Below, one piece after another: positions 24,069 to 30,416 of a stretch of DNA of 30,416 nt. The DNA is from a virus (lineage: Duplodnaviria > Heunggongvirae > Uroviricota > Caudoviricetes), in IMG/VR virus record IMGVR_UViG_3300034072_002212, positions 1-30,416 of that record; one strand, written 5' to 3'. The notes below the pieces were generated by a model. That model was given only the letters and a program-made list of their open reading frames with translations. It made no database searches and was not told where the DNA came from. Positions within the stretch are counted from its first letter, which is position 1, and the number at the start of each line of letters is the position of its first letter. The position numbers and the translations under genes are program-made.

Positions 24069-24835
24069 TAGCCGCCGAACCCACCGCCGAAGCTACGACC
24101 CGAGGCGCCGAAACCACCGCGCGAGCTGATGCTCGACGAGGCCTTGTAGCTGGAGCCGCTCGAATAGCTCTTGCCCGCCGTGCTGCCGGTCGAACGCGAG
24201 TAGGACGAGTTGCCGAAGCTGCTGGGGTTGGTCGCCTGGTAGGACGACTTGAAACTCTGCGTGGGCTTGAACGACGAACCGAAGCCGCCGCGAACGCTCG
24301 AGGGCGGCGTCATTGCCGTGCTGGACTTCAGCGCGCCCTTGGTGGAAACGCCCGTGCCAGCGGTGCTGCGGTAGGGTGCTGCGCCGATGGGAGCATTGCG
24401 GGCATAGCCAGCGCCCGACGTGTAGATCGGCGCCTGGTAGTCCCGACGATCACGGTAGCGATAGGAGCCCGGACCGTAATAGAGAGGAGCCGGCGTCGAG
24501 AGAGCCGAACCCATCATGTAGCCCATCATCATGGGCACGAAGAAGTTGCCGCTGCCGCCATATGCCGAGATCGGCTGGCACATATCCGGACCATACTCCT
24601 GGCGGCACGCCTCGATCGAGGCATAGCGCGGAGCATTGTTGACGTGTTCGGTGCGGGCGAGGCGGTCAGCCGCATCGCAGGTTGCCTGGTCATAGACCGC
24701 GACGCATTCCGCCTTGTTCGCGAAAGTGCCGCCGTTGTCCGCGGGCGCCGGGGGTGCTTGTTCGCAACCCGAGAGCGTTGCCGCGGCACTGACGCTGGCC
24801 AAGAGGACCAGCGAAACTCGGGTGCTGCGCTTCAT
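24068..24835 (-). CDS. DUF1190 lipoprotein (YgiB/YjfM family)
   Basis: Lipobox LSGC, paired Cys (ECV…TC, APRY…AC…YG…C), PMMMGYMMG, Gly/Ser tail ending SRGGFG…GG. Confidence 0.85.
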   Translation of the reverse strand: MKRSTRVSLVLLASVSAAATLSGCEQAPPAPADNGGTFANKAECVAVYDQATCDAADRLARTEHVNNAPRYASIEACRQEYGPDMCQPISAYGGSGNFFVPMMMGYMMGSALSTPAPLYYGPGSYRYRDRRDYQAPIYTSGAGYARNAPIGAAPYRSTAGTGVSTKGALKSSTAMTPPSSVRGGFGSSFKPTQSFKSSYQATNPSSFGNSSYSRSTGSTAGKSYSSGSSYKASSSISSRGGFGASGRSFGGGFGG

Positions 24836-24903
24836 TTTGTTCCTTCCCCGTTAAGGCACCATGCCTTTAGAGGCTCTCCATTTGCTGGGTATAGGTGTGT
24901 TTG

Positions 24904-25137
24904 TCAACCGTTCTTTGGGCGAAAATCCACCACCAGCAAATTATCAGTCTTTTCAACAATGCGCTGGTCAGGCTGAGCTTCTTCAGCAGCTTCAGCGGTC
25001 AGGTCGAGATGTAGGAACAAATTCTCAATCTGCTCAAGATCCACATTGCTGTGTTCATAGTTGCAGAGGAAGTAGTCAACCGCGAGGGCGATGATATTGA
25101 GCTCCTCGAGGGTTAGTTCGTCAATTTTGTAGTTCAT
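24904..25137 (-). CDS. Small acidic hypothetical protein ending VVDFRPK
   Basis: GGTGAG before ATG 25137. Confidence 0.6.
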   Translation of the reverse strand: MNYKIDELTLEELNIIALAVDYFLCNYEHSNVDLEQIENLFLHLDLTAEAAEEAQPDQRIVEKTDNLLVVDFRPKNG

Positions 25138-25147
25138 AGAGCTCACC

Positions 25148-25175
25148 AAAAAGAGGAGAAGTTTCCTTCTCCCCT
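25148..25175 (-). terminator. Intrinsic terminator
   Basis: AGGGGAGAAG-GAAA-CTTCTCCTCT-TTTT (GNRA loop). Confidence 0.8.
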
Positions 25176-25205
25176 TTATAGCAGAACTGGTGAATTAGGG
25201 CCAAA

Positions 25206-26099
25206 TTATCCCTGCCAGCCCGGAGGCGGAGTGCATCCCACACCAGCGAAAGCCTGAGGCAAATCGTTGATATGACGCTGTTCCTTCTTCACTACCTCAA
25301 TCCCGCGAGCCTGAAGGTTACGACGGCTATCATAGTAGAGAACCATCGTCGCAACCACAGGACCACGCTCAAAAGAAACTTCCTGGGTCTTGAACTGCGA
25401 ACGCTCACCGAAACCAGCGCCCATTTCAAAGGCGTTCTCCAGAGGAGCAGGGTTGCTCACAATGCTGTCGGCCTGAACGCTGTTGTTGGCTTGTGCCGTT
25501 GATGCGCTGAGCGTTGCGGTCGCGCTGGCGCTCATGCCACGCATCACGCCCTTGGGGATTGCCGAATCAGCAGTTCCACCCAGGGCAACCGTATTGTCCG
25601 CCGACCACCAGGGCTGCTGGGGGTTGAAAGGATCATAGGGAGAGCGCGGCCAAGTAGGCTGCGGACGTGGCTGATAGTAGTGGTGATAGTGGACAGGCTT
25701 GGGCTTTTCCACCTCGCTGTAGACGAGAACACCGATGACACCCGACTGGACAGCTTCTCCCTCTTGAACAGTCTGAGCCGCATAGCTCTTTTCCTTGTCC
25801 TCAAAGGTGAACTTCGCAACGTCGTTGCTGTCTAGGGTCCAGCCAGGAATGCGGATGCTTCCCCAGGCACGAACCACATAGCCGCGGCTCTCGGGAGTTG
25901 CGGGCTTGCCGTCCAGAACACTCTTGCCGTCCACACTTGGGACAACAAGGACCTGCTTGCCGGTCTTGTTCTTGAACTCCACCTCGAACTCAGAACCCTT
26001 GCGGCCCTCGACGAAGATGTTGTCGTTGTGCTGATATTCGGTGATTGGCTTGCCAGCCACTAGGACGTTGAGCTCATAGGCTCGTGTTGCATTGAACAT
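25206..26099 (-). CDS. Hypothetical protein (beta-rich N-domain with SVDG motif, low-complexity middle)
   Basis: RBS AAGGAG; structured leader; function not recognised. Confidence 0.75.
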   Translation of the reverse strand: MFNATRAYELNVLVAGKPITEYQHNDNIFVEGRKGSEFEVEFKNKTGKQVLVVPSVDGKSVLDGKPATPESRGYVVRAWGSIRIPGWTLDSNDVAKFTFEDKEKSYAAQTVQEGEAVQSGVIGVLVYSEVEKPKPVHYHHYYQPRPQPTWPRSPYDPFNPQQPWWSADNTVALGGTADSAIPKGVMRGMSASATATLSASTAQANNSVQADSIVSNPAPLENAFEMGAGFGERSQFKTQEVSFERGPVVATMVLYYDSRRNLQARGIEVVKKEQRHINDLPQAFAGVGCTPPPGWQG

Positions 26100-26107
26100 G
26101 CTGTTTT

Positions 26108-26199
26108 CTCCTTACAGGACTTCTGCTCGCCTGCGCGCGAGACTTCTGCCTGCTATTGTTGATCCCATCCGAGCCGGGATCGTTGCTCAGCCCTATTTA
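26108..26199 (-). promoter_or_regulatory. TAAATA box followed by a structured 5' leader with a symmetric CAGAAGU/CAGAAGU internal loop
   Basis: TAAATA 26199-26194; GATCCC/GGGATC hairpin; GCAGG-CAGAAGT-CTCGC-loop-GCGAG-CAGAAGT-CCTGT-AAGGAG. Confidence 0.6.
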
Positions 26200-26580
26200 G
26201 CCCGCAGAATGGGCGCTAAGAGCCATTAGGGTTAATAGCACGTAAGTGAGCTGATGAGCAAGCTGATCCAGACCAAGCGCGGTCCAGAAGTTCTTCTGAT
26301 CGCTCTTAAGTGCGAAGCGGCTGTTGACCTTGCTCTTGATCCAATCCACATGGTAGTGGATCAGCGCGTCAATGACCGCAAGAGTAGAGGCCAGTTCGGC
26401 CATGCCAAAGAGAGCAAAGACGATGAACGTGCCAGCACCATGGATTGCGGCATGATGAATACCACCCGTCCACAGATAGCTGCCCTTCTCCTCCAGCATG
26501 TATTTGAGCTGGAGGGGATAGTCACAGATAAAGTGCTTGATCAGCAGGGCTGTGATGAGCCCGAGAGTTAGTGCTACCAT
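26197..26580 (-). CDS. DUF3307 membrane protein
   Basis: KHFICDYPLQ…HAAIHG…HYHVDWIK…FW…GLDQLAH. Confidence 0.8.
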   Translation of the reverse strand: MVALTLGLITALLIKHFICDYPLQLKYMLEEKGSYLWTGGIHHAAIHGAGTFIVFALFGMAELASTLAVIDALIHYHVDWIKSKVNSRFALKSDQKNFWTALGLDQLAHQLTYVLLTLMALSAHSAG

Positions 26581-26587
26581 GCCACCA

Positions 26588-27046
26588 TTATAGGGTGGCA
26601 GGCGGCTCCTCGTCATTATTCAGGTCATCCTGCTTGCTGAGCAGGAGAGGAAGAATCGCGAAGATGATTGCTAGAGCAATCACAATCTTAATGGGCTGAC
26701 CCTTGGCGCTAGTGGCCGCCGCGCTGATTACGAAGAAGGCCAGAATGGCCGTGCTCACCGGACGGAGACGAAAGTAGGTCTCCACCTTATCGAGCAGGTT
26801 CTTGTCCTTCTCGATGCTAGTGGCCAGAGCCTTTTCTGTTTCCGTCTGATAACCCTCAGGATTATCAGCGGTGCGGTTCTGAGGGTTCACGGGATCATAC
26901 TGCATGCGGTTGAGTTGCCGATGCAGATAGATCACCAGGCGTCGGAAAGGCCCAAAGCGCCGGAGCGAACGCTCATAACGGCGCAATAGAGAATCTCGGG
27001 TTTCCTGAACCTGGTGAACTACGTCGTCGATGAAAGTGTTCTTCAT
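26588..27046 (-). CDS. Membrane protein with two C-terminal TM helices
   Basis: Hydrophobic segments AILAFFVISAAA and IVIALAIIFAILPLLL. Confidence 0.65.
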   Translation of the reverse strand: MKNTFIDDVVHQVQETRDSLLRRYERSLRRFGPFRRLVIYLHRQLNRMQYDPVNPQNRTADNPEGYQTETEKALATSIEKDKNLLDKVETYFRLRPVSTAILAFFVISAAATSAKGQPIKIVIALAIIFAILPLLLSKQDDLNNDEEPPATL

Positions 27047-27618
27047 TCCCTGACCAGCTTGATGATCTTCGCAATAGCGCGCTTCACCCTTTCATCGGGC
27101 AAATTGGCTGCGTCGTCAAGCGAAATCCACTCGGCTCCCAGCACCTCTTCTTCCTGATGAACCAGCGACACTTCAGCAGTCGCGATGCCAAGATAGAGGA
27201 AGTCATGATGCCAATGCGCTGCTTCATCCTTTTCGGGACGAGCGGGAATCGCATGAGTGTCGATATCAAGAGCCAGGTAGTCCATGTGATCCAAGAAGGC
27301 CACATGCTCTTCCGGAAAACCAGTTTCCTCAGTGAGCTCACGGAGTGCTGACTTACGAGGAGCAACCGCGCCCTCATAGTGGCCACCAGGGAAAAGCCAC
27401 TTGTCAAAACCCCTGTGGTGGATCATCAACACCTTGGTCTTCTCGGGATTCAGAAGAGCAAAGCTGGACGTCACGTGTCCCGCGAAGTTGCGACGATCCT
27501 GTAGATCATGCCCTTCGTCAATCTGACGCTTCAAGTGGGCAAAGATCTGGGTGTCCAGCATCTTGTGATAGGCTAGATAGTTGTGGAGGTGGAGACCCAC
27601 CAGCGAGGTAATGTTCAA
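27043..27618 (-). CDS. Nudix hydrolase
   Basis: WLFPGGH…SALRELTEETG Nudix box. Confidence 0.85.
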   Translation of the reverse strand: MNITSLVGLHLHNYLAYHKMLDTQIFAHLKRQIDEGHDLQDRRNFAGHVTSSFALLNPEKTKVLMIHHRGFDKWLFPGGHYEGAVAPRKSALRELTEETGFPEEHVAFLDHMDYLALDIDTHAIPARPEKDEAAHWHHDFLYLGIATAEVSLVHQEEEVLGAEWISLDDAANLPDERVKRAIAKIIKLVRE

Positions 27619-27776
27619 GGATTCACTCCAAGCTGAGCCAGGATGCCCTTGGCAACCCTGAGCTCAAGCTCATATTGTTCTGGCGTGTGGTTGCCGTTGA
27701 ACCTCTTGAGTGCGAAGTCCAGCATCAGCTTGATCTTGCGCTCATAGGCATTCTGTGGTTGAAAGCCGTCGCACAT
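27615..27776 (-). CDS. 53-aa ORF absent from the track (MCDGFQPQNAYERKIKLMLDF…GVNP)
   Basis: Fills the clpS-Nudix gap exactly; its TGA overlaps the Nudix TTG start (TTGA). Confidence 0.65.
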   Translation of the reverse strand: MCDGFQPQNAYERKIKLMLDFALKRFNGNHTPEQYELELRVAKGILAQLGVNP

Positions 27777-27779
27777 GGA

Positions 27780-28073
27780 TCAAGCCTTTTCGACAATAGC
27801 CTTGAGGGGATGCTTATAGGACTTGGCGACCGTGTTGGTCTCATAGACCTTCTGCTCGGCGACTTCCTTGCTGTAGGTGCCGCAGATGCCCCGACCCTGA
27901 TGGTGAACGTCCATGCAGAGCTTGTGCGCTTCTGCGTGGCTCTTGCTGAAGATCTCCATCAGCACCTGGATCACGAAGTCCATGGGCGTGAAGTCATCGT
28001 TCAGGATCACAACCTTGTAGAGGCTGGGAACCTTCAGCTTGGTTACAGTCTGAGTGTCGAGTGCGGTGCTCAT
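27780..28073 (-). CDS. clpS: ATP-dependent Clp protease adaptor ClpS
   Basis: PSLYKVVILNDDFTPMDFV…MDVHHQG…EVAEQKV…HPL; RBS AAGGAG. Confidence 0.92.
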   Translation of the reverse strand: MSTALDTQTVTKLKVPSLYKVVILNDDFTPMDFVIQVLMEIFSKSHAEAHKLCMDVHHQGRGICGTYSKEVAEQKVYETNTVAKSYKHPLKAIVEKA

Positions 28074-28088
28074 GTGGTCTCCTTGGTT

Positions 28089-28123
28089 CACACCTACATA
28101 CGGATCACGGTGTGTAGAATCAA
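28089..28123 (-). promoter_or_regulatory. clpS promoter with -10 in the loop of a 6-bp inverted repeat
   Basis: TTGATT-N17-TATGTA; CACACC/GGTGTG. Confidence 0.45.
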
Positions 28124-28984
28124 TTACGATTTTACAGGTCGTTTGACCTTAAGGAACTTGGCTCGGCTCTGAATTGCCTTTTTGGTCCGGCCGGGGAAAA
28201 GAGCTAGGATCTTGTCCAGTGGTTCACCAGTTGTCCACAAGCTTATAAAGAGTTCATCCCGGTCCTTGCTCCACACATGGGCATCAGAGGGATCACGTCC
28301 ATACCGGTCGTAGATGCGCTTTTCCCAAGCTTCAACACCAACTGGTTCGAGAGTCTCTTGATAGACCTTCTGACCATGCTTCATGAACGCCGCTAGGGTA
28401 ATGCTGCGCTTCTTGGAAGTCTTGTCCTCGCCGCTGGTCTGGTTCTTGGCCAGGAGCTCAACAACCTTTTCACCAGTCATCCGATAAACGTCGATGAGTT
28501 CCCAAGTGTCCTTGTCGAACGCAATGAGGTAGGTGTCCACGTTCTTTTTGTTGATGTTGTGGACAATCTCATAGTAGGCACAAACATCACTGCGGAAATT
28601 ACCTGAGCCGTTGATGATATTGATGTGCCCCTTTTCGTGGATCTCGTAGCGGAAGTTGGACTTCATACAAAGCTTGAGTTCCACTTCCCTGATGTTACCA
28701 CATTCATCTAATCTGATACCATCACTGCCGTGGAGATCAGCAAAGGGAAGGGCTCCGACCAGTGAGCCAGCCACAAAGTCGTTGAAAGCACGACCATTGT
28801 CCATGGTATGGGTTTCAGGTTGAATAAGCTCTAGACCATTATCGGTGGTTTTCACGAAATAATAGTCAGCATCACAAATCCGGCGAGTTCTGAGTTGTTC
28901 AATCAGAACGGCTTTGTTGTGCTTAACAGCCGCGAGAAAGGCTGGGATCTGTTCTGGTCGCAGGACCAGAGATGTCTTGTTCAT
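28124..28984 (-). CDS. PD-(D/E)XK-type nuclease fused to a C-terminal GcrA/Myb-like HTH
   Basis: GSDG…EVELK catalytic pattern; WSKDRDELFISLWTTG…I…GRTKKAIQSRAKFL HTH; RBS GGGAGG before ATG 28984. Confidence 0.6.
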   Translation of the reverse strand: MNKTSLVLRPEQIPAFLAAVKHNKAVLIEQLRTRRICDADYYFVKTTDNGLELIQPETHTMDNGRAFNDFVAGSLVGALPFADLHGSDGIRLDECGNIREVELKLCMKSNFRYEIHEKGHINIINGSGNFRSDVCAYYEIVHNINKKNVDTYLIAFDKDTWELIDVYRMTGEKVVELLAKNQTSGEDKTSKKRSITLAAFMKHGQKVYQETLEPVGVEAWEKRIYDRYGRDPSDAHVWSKDRDELFISLWTTGEPLDKILALFPGRTKKAIQSRAKFLKVKRPVKS

Positions 28985-29094
28985 TGGCCCCTCCCGGGCT
29001 CTTATGTTTTTGGATGCGATCACGTCGCACCGGTTGTCCTGCTTTTAGAACAGATGGAACATAGGAGTCATTATTCAGGAGGATCAGAGATAGG

Positions 29095-29294
29095 AAGAGC
29101 GGCCCGTAGGCCGCTCTTGGGAAGATCTAAAGATGCGCCCTACCTTCTACGGTAGGCCTGGTTTCCATGCGCCACACGTGACACATCTTCCTAGGGACGT
29201 CGCGCTCTCCCGAAGCTCTAGCACCGGGGAGGGGAACCAGGACCCTCCGCTGACCGTCACAGGAAATCTATGATGGTCAGCGGCAGGATGTCAC
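29095..29294 (-). ncRNA. Putative ~200-nt structured RNA
   Basis: At least six complementary segment pairs, some crossing; ends in a 10-bp C(UACG)G hairpin; no ORF. Confidence 0.5.
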
Positions 29295-29298
29295 TATT

Positions 29299-30105
29299 TT
29301 AGGCAGTAACCTCGTAGGTGAACACAACCTGGTCGATGTTGTCCAGGGTGTAGTCAAGACCGGTGAAGGTCACAACACGAGTGGTGCCATTGTAAGCATA
29401 CTTCTCAGCCTTAATGACCAGACCATTCACATGGACGATGATCGAAGCTGGAATTGCCTTTTCCTGAAGGGTGAAAGTCTGCGAACCATCAAACTCGCTG
29501 CGAGTCTGGGTAACGGTTGCTGCGGCGGTTGCTGCCGAAACATCACCCTTGGTTGCGATTTCCTTGGTAGCGTCAGAAGCATCGCTGGCATAGTAGATCT
29601 TACCAGTGCCACCACCGTTCAGGAACAGATTACCTGCGCCTTCACCACCAAAGAGAGCAAGGTCTTCACCATCGTCAGCCTGGATGATACCACCGCCTTC
29701 GTTACCGATGATAACATCGCCGCCACCCTGAGGTGCGATCACAATGTCAACGTCAGTAGCAGTGCCCTTGGCAGCAATCTTCAGCTCACCAGCCGTGCTG
29801 CTGAACTCAAAGGATTCATCAGCGGCCGAACCGCTCTTGAAAGTTGCGATATCAACGGCTGCGGTGCCGCCAGCATTCTGAACAGCGACCTTGACGCCAG
29901 TGGCATCAGCTGCCGTAACAGTGTTGAAAGTGTTAGCAGACTTCAGGTTATCGTTGACCGACCAAGCTGGGCGACCATCAACAACGCGAAGGATCTGTCC
30001 AGCCTTGCCAGTAGCTGCAATGGTCGTGCCGGTGCCACCGGAGCCACCAATCAGCAGGTCGCCTTCTGCGGCCAGCTTCAGCTGCTTTGCCTTTAGTTGA
30101 GACAT
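29299..30105 (-). CDS. Putative virion structural protein (Gly/Ala/Thr-rich, C-terminal FDG…VHVNG…Y…TF…D…Y beta module)
   Basis: GGAGG RBS, TAAATA box, fibre-like composition. Confidence 0.65.
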   Translation of the reverse strand: MSQLKAKQLKLAAEGDLLIGGSGGTGTTIAATGKAGQILRVVDGRPAWSVNDNLKSANTFNTVTAADATGVKVAVQNAGGTAAVDIATFKSGSAADESFEFSSTAGELKIAAKGTATDVDIVIAPQGGGDVIIGNEGGGIIQADDGEDLALFGGEGAGNLFLNGGGTGKIYYASDASDATKEIATKGDVSAATAAATVTQTRSEFDGSQTFTLQEKAIPASIIVHVNGLVIKAEKYAYNGTTRVVTFTGLDYTLDNIDQVVFTYEVTA

Positions 30106-30189
30106 AGGTTAAACCTCCATATGGAATCAGAAACACTAGGACGTTGCCCCGTCCTGCAGAACACGGACAAACTGGTTTCTACTCTGGAG

Positions 30190-30195
30190 TATTTA
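30190..30195 (-). promoter_or_regulatory. TAAATA box, putative late promoter
   Basis: gcTAAATA downstream of a hairpin and upstream of the structural gene. Confidence 0.6.
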
Positions 30196-30212
30196 GCTCA
30201 ATCGTTCATGGA

Positions 30213-30238
30213 AATGGTGGGGCCAAGACCCCACCATT
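30213..30238 (-). terminator. Terminator-like 11-bp hairpin
   Basis: AATGGTGGGGT-CTTG-GCCCCACCATT; weak U-tract. Confidence 0.55.
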
Positions 30239-30246
30239 ACTTGGCC

Positions 30247-30354
30247 TTAGAGACCAATCTTTGCGCGGACTTTGTCCACTGCTGTCTTCACGAAAGCAGG
30301 CTGAGGAAGAAAGTTCCAGCCCACGATCAGACCAGCGATGAAACCAATAAGCAT
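30247..30354 (-). CDS. 35-aa membrane microprotein absent from the track (MLIGFIAGLIVGWNFLPQPAFVKTAVDKVRAKIGL)
   Basis: RBS GAGGT, TM helix plus amphipathic basic helix. Confidence 0.7.
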   Translation of the reverse strand: MLIGFIAGLIVGWNFLPQPAFVKTAVDKVRAKIGL

Positions 30355-30357
30355 GGC

Positions 30358-30416
30358 TTACCTCGTTAGTTTGAACAGATTGTTGAACTGCAGGATAGCC
30401 TGGCAAATTGCGTGAG
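30358..30416 (-). CDS. 3' end of a gene entering from the right edge (…HAICQAILQFNNLFKLTR*)
   Basis: Open frame to TAA 30358-30360; the choice of frame is inferred. Confidence 0.35.
   Translation of the reverse strand, partial: HAICQAILQFNNLFKLTR

Noticed and set aside
24880-24907. TTGACA upstream of the DUF1190 gene as a promoter
   Set aside because: No credible -10 at 15-18 nt spacing; the hexamer overlaps the upstream TGA stop.
4382-24976. Long antisense ORFs (4382-5236, 7516-8556, 16526-17230, 18135-19895, 21758-23002, 24056-24976 and others)
   Set aside because: They shadow well-supported genes on the opposite strand, lack RBSs and family motifs, and are expected from GC3-biased codon usage.
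29095-29294. Group I intron, hammerhead, RNase P or tmRNA identity for the structured region
   Set aside because: The canonical cores (P7 R/S elements, CUGANGA/GAAA, GAGGAAAGUCC, tRNA-like ends) were not found; it is kept as an unassigned ncRNA.
30206-30406. 66-aa track ORF
   Set aside because: It overlaps the better-supported 35-aa membrane ORF and the terminator hairpin.
1-30416. Stop-codon recoding (alternative genetic code)
   Set aside because: Genes tile densely under the standard code using TAA, TGA and TAG stops; no suppressor tRNA was seen.

Overview
This window looks like part of a large (jumbo-type) tailed phage genome. It has dense, mostly minus-strand small genes, two collagen-like fibre proteins, a tRNA, HNH endonucleases and ten intergenic TAAATA boxes resembling the core of T4 late promoters. 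An alphaproteobacterial host is inferred from the GcrA-like HTH and host-like accessory genes, but this is not proven. Recognisable cargo: SprT-like metallopeptidase, AAA_33/PNK-like kinase, ADP-ribosylglycohydrolase, PlsC-like acyltransferase, WYL-only protein, RelA/SpoT-type HD hydrolase, orphan Xre/MbcA/ParS antitoxin domain, a DUF1190 / GspS-like ligase / DUF350 module, DUF3307, a Nudix hydrolase, ClpS and a PD-(D/E)XK nuclease fused to a GcrA/Myb-like HTH. The most unusual signal is an RNA-level regulatory layer. (1) A predicted ~173-nt sRNA (20366-20538, minus) has its own promoter and terminator, two symmetric GRCRAUA internal loops, and a 10-nt segment exactly complementary to an extended RBS (CAGGAGATCG) shared by several phage genes. 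(2) Many promoters are nested in inverted repeats whose upstream arm lies in the promoter spacer and whose downstream arm covers the RBS or start codon, so the hairpin can form only in read-through RNA. (3) There is a symmetric-loop leader (26108-26199) and a possibly pseudoknotted ~200-nt RNA (29095-29294). All calls come from manual motif reading; no database search or folding program was run.
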